Source: Octopus vulgaris
Lineage: Eukaryota
NCBI GenBank assembly: GCA_951406725.2
Contig: OX597816.1
Span: 23,684,001-23,748,000 of the forward strand
Direction: 5' to 3'
Length of the DNA: 64,000 nt
Shown: positions 1 through 12,528 of the stretch, piece after piece
Position numbering within the stretch: the first letter of the stretch is position 1
Layout: each line of letters starts with the position of its first letter
The notes under the pieces: model-generated
The model's database searches: none
What the model saw: the letters and a program-made list of their open reading frames with translations, nothing else
What the model was told of the DNA's origin: nothing
Program-made: the position numbers and the translations under genes

Positions 1-180
1 CTGTATGTCTCTGGTTACTTTCGATCCAAACATAGACAGCTCTATAATGTTGTGATCTGAGACTAATGTCAGCGTCACTTTCACATCATGAATGATGTCC
101 ATATTGTTCGTGAAGCAGAGATCCAGAATGTTATTCGCCCCAGTTGTTCTGAGTACAGCTTGCTCCATGAGTAGGGCATT
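1..180 (-). pseudogene. CR1/L2-group LINE AP-endonuclease C-terminal fragment
   Basis: Manual minus-strand translation NALLMEQAVLRTTGANNILDLCFTNNMDIIHDVKVTLTLVSDHNIIEL carries the APE motifs xLDLxFTN and SDH. This frame is not in the ORF track. Confidence 0.75.
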
Positions 181-280
181 GGTGTGTATGTATTAATATG
201 TCGACGTCCGAATAGCGAACACGTACAACACAGAGTAACCGCTTGTTTACATTCAGCTTCCAATAAATTATATAACTCTA

Positions 281-1047
281 AGGCAGCGAGCTGCGAGAAA
301 CCGTAGCACGTCGGGCGAAATGCTTAGCGGTATTTCGTCTGCCGTTACGTTGTGAGTTCAAATTCCGCCGAGGTCGACTTTGCCTTTCATCCTTTCGGGG
401 TCGATAAATTAAGTACCAGTTGCGCACTGGAGTCGATGTAATCGACTTAATACCTATGTCTGTCCTTGTTTGTCCTCTCTGTGTTTAGCCTCTTGTGGGT
501 AATAAAGAAATAGGTATTTTGTCTGCCGTTACGTTCCCACTTCAAATTCCGCCGAGGTCGACTTTGTCTTTCATCCTTTCGGGATCGATAAATTAAGTAC
601 CAGTTACGCACTGAGGTCGATGTAATCGACTTAATCCGTTTCTCTGTCCTTGTTTGTCCCCTCTGTGTTTAGCCCCTTGTGGGTAGTAAAGAAATAAGTA
701 TTTCGCCTGCCGTTACGTTCTGAGTTTAAATTCCGCCGAGGTCGACTTTGCCTTTCATCCTTTCGAAGTCTATTAAATAAGTACCAGTTACGCACTGGGA
801 TCGAGTAATCGACTTAATCCGTTTATCTGTCCTTGTTTGTCCTTTCTCTGTTTAGTCCCTTGTGGGTAGTAAAGAAATAGGTATTTCGTCTGTTTTTACG
901 TTCTGAGTTCAAATTCCACCGAGGTCGACTTTGCCTTTCATCCTTTCGGGGTCGACAAATTAAGCACCAGTTGCGTACTGGTGTCGATCTAATCGATTGG
1001 GCCCCTACCCAGAAATTGTGGGTCTTGTGCTTAGAGTAGAGAAGAAT
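281..1047 (+). mobile_element. tRNA-derived SINE family A, head plus four tandem ~184-bp body units
   Basis: Head GGCAGCGAGCTG..., B-box-like GAGTTCAAATTCC and core GAGGTCGACTTTGCCTTTCATCCTTTCGGGGTCGATAAATTAAGTACC. Units start near 329, 513, 697 and 880. Confidence 0.85.
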
Positions 1048-1185
1048 AAGTTATATAACTCTAATTTCACCATTGAAAATTCTCTTTCTTCCATCTTCTT
1101 CACACTTAAATGTCTACCTCTGTGTGAGTGTATGTATGTGCATGAGTATGTATGTATAATATAATAAAGCTAGACGTATAATATT

Positions 1186-1189
<4 letters not shown>

Positions 1190-1255
<66 letters not shown>

Positions 1256-1348
1256 ATTTTATCATTATTAATCGACAGAAGTTTCATAGCTACAAGGGGT
1301 TAAAAGACAACGCTGAATACCACTACACACACACACACACACACACAT

Positions 1349-1416
<68 letters not shown>

Positions 1417-1496
1417 ATGAATGTATGTATGTATGTATATACGTATATATATATTATTTACGTGTGCTTTGACTTCTGTTTTTACCAACAAACCTA

Positions 1497-1545
<49 letters not shown>
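1190..1545. repeat. Compound (TA)n/(CA)n/(TATG)n microsatellite, representative of dozens of such tracts
   Basis: Seen directly. Other large tracts lie at about 6050-6210, 7840-8100 (GATA/GACA), 12020-12680, 19130-19270, 20020-20470, 26845-27320, 33390-33740, 39990-40235 (TTA), 41900-42140, 42950-43080 (GAA/CAA), 51660-51715 (AGT), 52430-52975, 54530-54720, 58450-59010 and 60235-60320. Confidence 0.98.
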
Positions 1546-2260
1546 TATATACACTAACCTCACACACACATATATAAAGAGAGAGAGAGGTATGGGAAGG
1601 AGAGGAAGGGGAGGTGGTTGTGTAAGAGCAAGAAAGCTAGACAAATACAGTCGACAAATAGACAAACAACGCTTAAAGTAAACACAACTGTCAATATAGT
1701 TTTATTGGAAGAAGATCTCACTCAGAGCCTGTGCAACAGAGTACAATAGAAACAGTCAGTCGAAAGAGCAAAGAAGAAACGAATCGGCAAACAGACGAAT
1801 TCTTCCTATTATTTTCATGCTAGATTTCTATACTTCCACCTCCAAGCAGTAATGTATTTTCTTTCGCTTTAGGTGGAAATGTACAGCCTTCCGAGATACG
1901 TGGAGAAGTGTGTATATCCTGCAACCTTAAGCGAATAAAACGTGCACTGGCGGTGGAGAGCCAAAGTTGGTTTAATCCATAAGATTTTGAACTGCAAACG
2001 GGAGTTCGAATCGAATCGAATCACAACATTCCCCCACTTTGTTTCCCCCGTAGAATTAGTATTTGAATCACGTTACCAAAGATTGCCACAAGCCACCACG
2101 CACGCTAGGAGACACCCACACGCCTGTTTGTCATCTCATATCCGAGATATAAAGCTATTAATGTCCACTTTATCGTTCGCGAAATTTTATGATGCTTAGA
2201 CATTTGTTTGGAACTGCTCCTTTTCTTTGTTCTCTTCTCTCTTAATCAATGTGTAACATA

Positions 2261-2326
<66 letters not shown>

Positions 2327-2350
2327 GTGTGCGTGCATATAAGAGGGATG

Positions 2351-2575
2351 ATCACTAAGAAAGGAATGTTCTTAAGAGAACATTCCTTTCTTAGTGGTAG
2401 GACCATAGCGGTTCTACTTCTAGCATACGGATATCCACATAGTGGTCATCCCCTTTATATGTAAGTAATATAATTTTTCTGTATCTTCAGATTTTCATAT
2501 GCTAGACCACTGGTTTGAAATTGATATTAATCAAATTAATATTCAACTTTTCACCCTTATTATTTTATTTTTTTT
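2351..2575 (+). mobile_element. Putative Penelope-like terminal fragment with short fold-back
   Basis: Reverse complement of 56125-56320. It begins with the palindrome ATCACTAAGAAAGGAATGTTC-TTAAGA-GAACATTCCTTTCTTAGTGGT. PLE identity is inferred. Confidence 0.5.
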
Positions 2576-2818
2576 GTATATATGTGGAGGCGGTAAGCCT
2601 AACCCTAACCCTAACCCAAAATGCTTAGCGACATTTCGTCTGTCTTTACGTTCTGAGTTCAAATTCCGCGGAGGTTGACTTCGGATTCGGTAAAATACGT
2701 GCCAGTTAAATACTTGGATAGATGTGATCGACATATCTCCTTCCACTGAAATTGCTGTCCCTGAACCAACATTTGAAACCAATGTAATGTAAATATATGC
2801 TGTAGTCTGTAAAGAAGT

Positions 2819-3128
2819 GGAGGCGCAGTGGTTAGGGCAGCGGACTCGCGGTCAGAGGATCGCGGTTTCGATTCCTAGACCGGGCGTTGTGTGTGTGTTT
2901 ATTGAGCGAAAACACCTAAAAGTTCCACGAGGCTCCGGCAGGGGCTGGTGGCAACCCCTGTTGTACTCTTTCGCCCCGATTTTCTCTCACTCTCTCTTCC
3001 TGTTTCTTGAGTAACGCTGCGATGGAGTGGCGTCCCGTCCAGCTGGTGGGGGGACACATACGCCATAGAAACCGGGAAACCGGGCCCATGAACCTGGCTA
3101 GGCTTGAAAAAGGGCGCATAAATAAATA
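2819..3128 (+). mobile_element. tRNA-derived SINE family C (V-domain-like centre)
   Basis: A-box-like CAGTGGTTAGGGCAG, B-box-like GTTTCGATTCC, and CTGCGATGGAGTGGCGTCCCGTCCAG...GAAACCGGGAAACCGG. Related copies lie at 47436-47740 (+), 49840-50120 (-), 50500-51165 (-, interrupted) and 63895-64000 (+). Confidence 0.75.
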
Positions 3129-3354
3129 GGTCTGTAAAGGAGCGTGGCCTGATTGTTAAAGTATACGCTCTCGATCTTGCGATGGTTTCGATTCTTGGAC
3201 CGGGCGGTGCGTTATGTTCTTGAACAAGACACTTCATTTCACGTTGCTCTCCGATCACTTCGAAGTTGGTACACCGTGCACCTGTACAGGTAATATCGAC
3301 ATGATGGAGAGAGTGAGCTAATGCATAGCATGTACATTCTATCATCACCCTTTT

Positions 3355-4110
3355 ACACATTTCAGTCATGTGACAGCGGCCATGCTGGAGCACTGCCTTT
3401 AGTCGAACAAATCGACCCCCAGGACTTATTCTTTGTAAGCCTGATACTTATTCTATCGGTTCTTTTTTGCCAAACCGCTAAGTTACGGGGACCTAAACAC
3501 ACCAACATCAATTGTCAAGCGATGGTGGGGGGACAAACACAGACACACAAACACACACACATAGGTATACATACACACATACACATATATACTCTTTTCC
3601 TTGTTTCAGTCATTTGACTGCGGCCGTGCTGGAGCACCGTATTTAGTCGAGCAAATCGACCCCAGGACTTATTCTTTGTAAGCCTAGTACTTATTCTATC
3701 GCTCATATATATATATATAAAGTTAATCCAAACAAGAAAACACAAAAAACAAAAAAACACAACAACGCGAGGACGTGGAACAAATAAAGTATTATTGGAC
3801 GCTCAGGAAAGAAGGGAAGAAGGAGGGTTTAACGTTTCGAGCGGAGCTCTTCGTCGGAAACATAGGAGAAGGAAAGATCCCGAGAAGGGAAGACAGAGGA
3901 AAAAATAAATCGCCAGCGGTACTCACGAGGTCACATATATATATACACGACGGGTTTCTTTTAGATTCCGTCTACCAAATCCACTCACAAGGCTTTGGTC
4001 GGCCCGAGGCTATAGTAGAAGACACTTGCCCAAAGTGTCACGCTGTGGGACTGAACCCGGAACCATGTGGTTAGGAAGCAAGCTTCTTACCACACAGCCA
4101 CGCCTGCGCA
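3355..4110 (-). mobile_element. SINE family B pieces (CORE-like, internal microsatellite) interrupted by a PLE-like fragment at ~3720-3935
   Basis: Matches the family B sequence seen in full at 31957-32380. The 5' half is at 3945-4110 and 3' halves are at 3355-3590 and 3590-3702. Confidence 0.8.
3827..3861 (-). ncRNA. Minimal type I hammerhead-like motif (PLE type, U4C variant)
   Basis: Minus RNA: GUUU CCGACGA A GAGC UCC GCUC GAAA CG UU AAAC. Stem I GUUU/AAAC, stem II GAGC/GCUC, palindromic stem III AACGUU. Confidence 0.6.
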
Positions 4111-4799
4111 ACTGAAAAAAATAGCTTGATCTAAAGTAGAGATCAATGCCTATGTGTATTAGAAAGATCGATTGATCTCTTCCGTCCTTGTCAAGGGGTG
4201 GGGGTGCTAAACGTCTCTCCTTTTTAGCAAGACAACGAACAAATCATATTTTCTCTCTGTTCAGCACGAAATTACCAAATTCTCTTTCTCGAACTCGGGA
4301 GACCACCCTGATTATATTTTGTAGTCTGTTGACCCCTTTTTTTAAAATAACATTAATTTTAATCAACTAGATTTTTTGTAAATTACTAATTTAACAACTG
4401 ACAAAATTCTGTATATATTTTAATCATATGTTTTAAATTATATTTTTTTTTAATTAGCATTTTAATTGCAAGAGTTTCATCCCTCTCATTTATCATAAAT
4501 AGTTTCCATGGAATTTGTATACCTTCGAATTGTTATTGCTGTTTAACCCCATGTAAACACTGATATTCTCAATTTTTTCACGCATAATCTCCACTAACCA
4601 ATCTGACCTTCCCATTTTAAGACTTCAGAAAGTAATTTGAATATTATTTTGTCAGTATTTCTAAAAGGTTGAGCGGCCATGTACAGGCTCTTGCTTTGCC
4701 GGCTCATACATCTTGTAGCTGCTATGTCTTTAACCCCAGCTTAAATATTTAACATCGAATATGTTCATTCTGTGACCATCCCGACTTTAATTCAAACAT

Positions 4800-5850
4800 A
4801 ACGCATTTAGAACTACATCACCATTTGCGTCCTTTTGTGAAGATAGTTGGGTGAAATCTGAAGGCGATTTGGTTGTTATATCCAGCATATGGGATGATAC
4901 GCAGACATCTTCCTCGATGGATTGTATATGGATCGTATAGCTTCTAATTGTAGTATCACACCAGATCAGCCTTGAACGAACAAATCTATGACGAAAAGTA
5001 TTCCTGCCATAACGGTCCAGTCTTAAATTTAGACATGCCATAGTACTTGATATAGTACTTGATGTAGTATGCGCCCTTCATTTCTTGTGACCACAAGGTT
5101 TTAAAAATACCAACTAAATTCCTCTTATAAAGACTTATAACTGAATCATGTGTTCCCGGATCCATTATATCTCTATAAGAGACGCAATGGTCACGAACAG
5201 AGTGCTTTTGACTATCGTATGTCCGCTTAGTCAGACCTACCTTTGTGCTAAATAACAATAGCAAAAATTCCAGATCATGATCAAAGATCGTACATTAAGA
5301 TAGCCTGCTCACGGAAAATAACCTACCTGACAAAATGTCAGCTATTCCACTGTGATATATGTTTTACCAAACTGAACGTAGTTTAACACTAGTAGACATT
5401 TGTTTAAAATCAAACACTTTTGTAACTAACATTGTAAAGATTATATCAAGGAAGGTTGAGCTTCTCAAAGATTGGCTACATTTCGTGTAAAACCGCACTG
5501 AATTCGATTTAGAATGTACTGGAAAATTAGTAACTATTTTAGCTGAGAAGCTAAATTTCTCGCCGAGTTTATCATCGTCTTTTGACGACCAGAACTAGAA
5601 GAGAAGTTAAAATGAGAGGCAAAAGTTACGATCAGGATTTCAGCTCAGATTGACGAAAGGTAAAAGTAAATAGTTAGAATGTACATTATTTAGTTCAGAA
5701 CTTTCCAAAGTGATCGATATAGACTTTTTCAGAGGTCAATGGAAATTTGCATGGAGTCGAAAAATGGCTTAGAATCAGCAGTGGATCGATAAAATTCTAA
5801 AAGCCGACACAGTTCAAGGTTCGAAGACGTTGAAGAAAATTTAAATAGGT
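4800..5850 (+). pseudogene. Possible highly decayed hAT-type transposase remnant
   Basis: Non-repetitive block with fragmentary motifs in mixed frames: IISL*ETQWSRTE resembles LxETRWSxR, and an SLNL-like motif lies near 5020. There are many stops. Confidence 0.25.
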
Positions 5851-6046
5851 AACTGTATATATAACCCTTGGCTTCATGACACGGGAAAGATGCCAAACAC
5901 AACGCAGCTTACATATAGAGCTGTATTTTTGTATACGTGCATCTATGAATATAAGTATGGAAGTACTTATCTCTCTCTCTCTCTCTTTATCTCTATCTCT
6001 CTCTCACTCACTCTCTCTTGTCTCTTTCTTTCGTTCCCTTATATAT

Positions 6047-6097
<51 letters not shown>

Positions 6098-6125
6098 TAA
6101 ATATTTATATATATAAATTTCTATA

Positions 6126-6210
<85 letters not shown>

Positions 6211-6638
6211 TTGTAGCATGTATTTATATCTATATTTGTATACGAGTAGAATTATGTTTGAATATAAGGTGTTGTATTCACGTGCGCGTTTTGTAAGTGT
6301 GTTTCTTTACGATACGACCAGCAATAGGGGCTGCGCGTGAGAGTATTTACACTAGTGTGAGCATATTATGTATGTATGTTTATATATGTAGCCATGTGTA
6401 TGTGTGTATATGCATGCATGTATATATATATATGCGTGCATGTATATAACTTTATATTATGCAGACATATATACGTGCGCAGTCACACGCACTCGTACAC
6501 ACTCGCACATACTCGCACGCACGCAAATATACACATGTACCTCTATAAATACGTACATATATGTGTATATACATACATATATACACACATACATACACGC
6601 ATACATGCGTACGTGTAGTTATATATATATATATACAT

Positions 6639-6693
<55 letters not shown>

Positions 6694-7138
6694 TGTGTGC
6701 ATGTGTGAGCGTGTGTGAACATGTGTATATATATATTAGAGAGAAAGAGAGAGTGGATGTGTGAGAAATGTGTGTGAGACTGTATGTACTGGCACACACG
6801 AACATACACATAGTCATACACAGGATCACGAGCGCGCGCCAACACACCCACACATCTGTTTTTTCCTCGCTCTCACTCTCTCTCACGCTCTCTCACACTC
6901 TTTCTTCCCTCATTTTTCTTCTCCCTCCCTTCTCTCTCTCTCTCTCTCATTCCCTCTGTCTTCATTTATTGGCTGACTTCTCTGTATGACTGCCTGCCTG
7001 CTTGCCTGTCTCTACCAAGTTTAAACATTGCATTTATTAAAGAAATCGCGTTTATTAAAGTTTAATTGATGCAGGTTTTGTTGAATAAGGCAATACTTGA
7101 GACAGAACATAATTTCCCCTTGTTTGAATATCAGTGTC

Positions 7139-7169
<31 letters not shown>

Positions 7170-7534
7170 CCAGCAACAACAAAAACAACAGCAACTACAA
7201 CATCATCATCAACAATGACAACCGCGACATCAAGGACAGCAACAATAACAGGAGACATTGCACTTGTAACAATAGCAACTTCATTAGCAACATTGTTATT
7301 AATAATATTATCGATAACTTTTACCGTTATATTCGCTTCAGTCATTAGACTATGGCCGTGCTGGGGCACCGCCTTGAAGAAATTTTTGTCCAATCTATCG
7401 ACTCCAGTACTTTTTAAAAGCCTTGTATTTATTCTATCAGTGTTTTTCTGCAGAACATCTAAGTTACAGGAATGTAAACAAACCAGCACCGGTTGCCGAA
7501 CGGTGGTGGGTATCAAGCACATACACAAAGACAC

Positions 7535-7760
7535 ACGCCCTTCTCTATACATTGGGCAAGCGGGACGCCAATTGGCTGACCGGTTCGCGGAACACCTCCA
7601 AGACATCCGACTCAGCAATGACATTTCCGCTCTACCGGTCACTCTTTGAAACACCTGTCTGTGTTCGAATTGTCCTTGCACAGGAGCCATCCGGACTCCC
7701 GTTTGCGCCGTGAACAGGGATTAATTCTCTCTTTGCTCCTTTGCACCACATGGGTTCAAC
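7535..7760 (+). pseudogene. Penelope-like (Neptune-type) GIY-YIG endonuclease C-terminal fragment
   Basis: PSLYIGQAGRQLADRFAEHLQDIR, then after a frameshift HLSVFELSLHRSHPDSRLRREQGLILSL and APHGFN. These match the YIGxT, RxxEH, RxxxE and PxGxN motifs. Confidence 0.8.
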
Positions 7761-7838
7761 TCTCCTCCCCTCTTCATCTAACCTCTTCCCCCTCTACTCT
7801 CTCCCTCTCACACCTACTTTATATATATACATGTAAAC

Positions 7839-7925
<87 letters not shown>

Positions 7926-7952
7926 TAGATAGATTGATAGATAGATAGATAT

Positions 7953-8098
<146 letters not shown>

Positions 8099-8589
8099 GT
8101 AGAAGCTCCTATGAAACCATAGTGTGATACATAAACACTCAACTATGACTGATATAATCTCTTATAAGGCTGCACGCTGGCAGAATCGTTAGCACGCTGG
8201 ACGAAATGCTTAGCAGTACCTCGCCTGTAGCTACGCTTTATGTTCAAATTCCGCCGTGGTCGACTTTACCATTTATTCTTTCAGTATCGATAAATTAAGT
8301 ACCAGTTAAGTACAGGGGTCGATGTAATCGACTATCTCCCCGCCCCTAAATTTCAGGCCCTTGTGCCTATAATAGAAAGGGTAATCTCTTATACCGTTGT
8401 TATTTATATAATTCTTTACTCTATACTCGACTTGCGCTTTTTTTCTGAATCATACGTATATTGAGTTCTAACACCAGGTTGTTGATATCGCCCTGCCCAA
8501 GAGAAATGATATGAATAAATGTATGTATGTATCTATTTATCTATCTTTCAGATAACAATTGAAATTAATTTCATACTCTTTCCTCTCTT

Positions 8590-8995
8590 TTACTCTTTTA
8601 CTTGTTTCAGTCATTTGACTGCGGCCATGCTGGAGCACCGCCTTTAGTTGAACAAATCGACCCCGGGACTTATTCTTTGTAAGCCCAGTACTTATTCTAT
8701 CGGTCTCTTTTGCCGAACCGCTAAGTGACGGAGACGTAAACACACCAGCATCGGTTGTCAAACAATGCTAGGGGGACAAACACACACACACAAACACACA
8801 CACATACACATATATACATATATATATACATATAAACGACAGGCTTCTTTCAGTTTCTGTCTACCAAATCCACTCACAAGGCATTGGTCGGCCCGGGGCT
8901 ATAGCAGAAGACACTTGCCCAAGATGCCACGCAGTAGGACTGAACCTGGAACCATGTGGTTGGTTAGCAAGCTACTTACCACACAGCCACTCCAT
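8590..8995 (-). mobile_element. SINE family B, near full length
   Basis: Both halves with an internal (TA)/(TG) tract. Other copies or halves lie at about 7335-7530, 19848-19953, 23015-23290, 28735-28925, 30765-31660, 34100-34498, 35805-36215, 36985-37140, 40760-41285, 54265-54480 and 61540-62405. Confidence 0.85.
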
Positions 8996-9229
8996 ACTGA
9001 ATTAATTTATATTGCTTACATGTCATGTGGTCTGCTGATAATCAAACAAGCCATCAGACAGTTACTAAGAAGTAACTCTATTATTTACAAACCGTGTGGG
9101 GTTAGGATAATTCTGCAGTCTTACATGACTGATTCTTTTGTTTTGTTTTTTTGTTTGTTTTTTAGATTTCTGCTATATTAAATTCAGCGTCAAATTTCAA
9201 TAAATAGTGTATATTCTTTTCTTCTCAAG

Positions 9230-9812
9230 GTAAAAGGCCCGAAATTTTGGGGTAGGGGGCCAGTCGATTAGATCAGCCTAAGTTCCCAACTAGTACTTAA
9301 TTTATCGACACCGAAAGGGTGAAAGGCAAAGTTGACCTCGGCGGAATTTGAACTCAGAACGTAGCGGCAGACGAAATACCTATTTCTTCACTACCCACAA
9401 GGGGCTAAACACAGAAAGGACAAACAAGAACAGACAAACGGATTAAGTCGGTTATATCGACCCCAGTGCGTAACTGGTACTTATTTAATCGACCCCGAAA
9501 GGATGAAAGGCAAAGTCGACCTCGGCAGAATTTGAACTCAGAACGAAACGGGCAAATGAAATACGGCTACGCATTTCGCCCGGCAGACGAAATACCTATT
9601 TCTTCACTAACCACAAGGGGCAAAACACAGAGAGGACAAACAAGGACAGACAAACGGATTAAGTCGATTATATCGACTCCAGTGCGTAACTGGTACTTAT
9701 TTGATCGACCCTTACAGGATGAAAGGCAGAATTTGAAATCAGAACGTAGCGACAGACGAAATAGCACTAAGCATTTCACCCAGCATGCTAACGCTTCTGC
9801 CAGCTCGCTGCC
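9230..9812 (-). mobile_element. SINE family A multimer
   Basis: Reverse complement of the 281-1047 unit, with the same AAAGAAATA|GGTATTTCG-type junction. Confidence 0.85.
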
Positions 9813-10134
9813 TTATTATTCTACAATAAATTAAGTATCTGTCTAGCACTGCGGTCGATGTGATCTTTCATCACCCCCACCTCAAATTCAAGGCCTTGTG
9901 CCTAAGTAGAAAGACCTATTTTACAATGGTAAGGTGGCAAGCTGACAGGATTGTTAGCAAGCCGAGCAAAATGCTTAGTGGAACGAACTGACGCAAAGCA
10001 TTTCGTACACCTCGGCAGAATTTGAACTCGGAAAACGATGACAGACGAACTGACGCTAAGCATTTCGTCTGACGTTATAACGATTCCGCCAGCTCACCGC
10101 CTTAGTATTGTAAATTAATTATTTCTACTATAGA

Positions 10135-10400
10135 CACAAGGCCTGAAATTTAGATGGGGGGGACAAGTCGATTACATCGACCCCAGTGTTTAACTGGTAC
10201 TTAATTTATTGACCCCGAAAGCATGAAAGGCAAAGTCGACCCCTGCGGAATTTGAACTCAGAACGTTCTGAGTTCAAATTCTGCCGAGGTCAACTTTGCC
10301 TTCCATCCTTTCGGGATCGATAAAATAAGTACCTGTTGAACATTGGAACCGCTATTATCGACTATTCCTCTCGCCTGAACTTATTAGGGTGCCAAAAATT
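10135..10400. repeat. Head-to-head fusion of two SINE A bodies (spacerless inverted repeat)
   Basis: GCGGAATTTGAACTCAGAAC|GTTCTGAGTTCAAATTCTGC, centred at 10264/10265. Confidence 0.8.
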
Positions 10401-12045
10401 GAAACCACTATTTTAGAATATTTTTCGGCAATGCGCGGGAAAGTGGCGGCGATGACAATGATGATGATAAAAGAAATGTTGAGAGGGATGATTCTAATGG
10501 AGGTGGTGATGATGGTGGTGGTAGTGGTGGTAATAGTGGTGAGGTCAGAGAGGGGAGGAAGAGAAAAAGGCGGAAGAGGGGACAGATAATAGTAATGATA
10601 ATCATAATTATAAATTGTAATTATAAATCTTATACGACCTACATCTCTACAAACATCATTTCAACTTCAAAACACGTCATCACACAAAGATGAAGGTGGT
10701 GATTATGATATTGATACAGGTGATATAACGGCAGTGATGGCGTCGATAACCGGGGTATTGGTGGTGGTGGTGGTGGTGGTGGTATTGGAGGTGGTGGTTG
10801 TGGTGGTGATGGTGTTAATGGTCGTGGTGATATTAGTGATGATGGTTGTAGAGATAAGAATGATGTTAGCGCTGGTATTGGTGATGCTGCTGCCGCTTGT
10901 ACTGGTGCCTCTGCTGCTGCTGGAGCCGGGTGTAATGGTGGTGTTGATGCATATAGTGCAGTAATACTATTAGTGAACCAGAAATGTTATTCCTGTATTG
11001 AAAAACTCTTGCATCAGTTGCTTTGCTACTTGCAGTGGAAACCATTCTTGATATTGAGGGAAAGGATTGAAAATTAAATATTTGTTATTAAAGGAAAGAA
11101 TAGTCTTTTATTTATTTTATTTTCCTGAAATAAATAGAAAAAATTAAAGAAAAAGAGAGAGAGGGAGAGAGAGACAGAAGCAGGGAAGAGAAGAACTTGT
11201 GAGAATATATTGAAAGAATGATCTAAAGAATAAAGAAAAAGAGGATAGAAATAATATAATGATGGAATTTTTTTATTTTGATTTTATATTGATGTTTTTA
11301 TTTTGATTATATTTTTATGTTTTTATTTTTATATTTTGTTTTTGTTTTTGTTGTTTTTTCGTTGTTGTTTTTCATTTTTATGTTCCTTTTTTCTGAAAAA
11401 GTATTTCTAAATCAAAAGAAGGAAGGAAATTTAAGACGTTGTGAGAGTAAAAAGGAAGGAAGTAGCGAAAGTTGAACAGAAAAGCAGACGAATATTCATT
11501 CGAAAGAGAGGGAGAGGGAGAGAAAGGGAAGAGGGGGGAGAGGAGAGGGAGAGTAAGGGTAGAGGAAGAGAGGGAGAGAGGGAGAGAAAGAGAAATAATA
11601 AATACGAGCAGAAAAGAGCGAAAACAAAAAACAGCAAGAAAAAGCGGAATAATAGAATGACCGAATGAAGGAGAGAATGAAAGAATAAATGAACAAGAAC
11701 AAATAAAGGAAGACAGAGAAAGACAAAATATAAAAGAAAACTAAACGAAAAAAGTGTAAAATAGACAAAGAATGTAATTGAGTTATTTCTATTAAAAGAA
11801 AACATTCTCTTATTTTAAAAGAAATAGCCTCACTATTTTTATATATTTTTAGTTTTGCTACATTGTTTGTTTTTGTTGTTGTTACTGTTATTATTGTTGT
11901 AGTAGTTCTTGTTGTTGGCGAAATCTTTGGTGTGGTTGTTATATAGCCGTTCTCTCTTCTTTGGTGTTGTTCAACGTCTGAAATATGTATACATACATAT
12001 ACCTACATACTCACATACACGCACACACACACACACACACACATA

Positions 12046-12083
<38 letters not shown>

Positions 12084-12272
12084 TATACATATAAATATAT
12101 ACACACAAATATATACATATATAAGTATATACATATAAATATATACACATATATACATATATATATACGTATATATATATATATACATATAACTATATAC
12201 ACATATCTATATACATATATAAGAATATACATATAAATATCTACACATATGTATATGTACAGGTATGTATAG

Positions 12273-12313
<41 letters not shown>

Positions 12314-12329
12314 TATATATGTATAGATA

Positions 12330-12367
<38 letters not shown>

Positions 12368-12452
12368 TGCATGTATGTATGTATTGTACGTGTATATATA
12401 CACACCAATTTATGTTTACATATACTTATATATATATATATAAACGTGTATG

Positions 12453-12528
<76 letters not shown>

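Noticed and set aside
329-1047. Regularly spaced repeats resembling a CRISPR array or satellite
   Set aside because: Whole units repeat with no unique spacers, there are no cas genes, and the unit is a dispersed SINE body.
1834-1878. Hairpin TTCCACCT...AGGTGGAA as a pre-miRNA
   Set aside because: Only about 12 paired bases, too short and interrupted.
2819-2890. tRNA-like sequences at SINE heads
   Set aside because: They have A/B-box-like motifs only, no complete cloverleaf, and run into SINE bodies.
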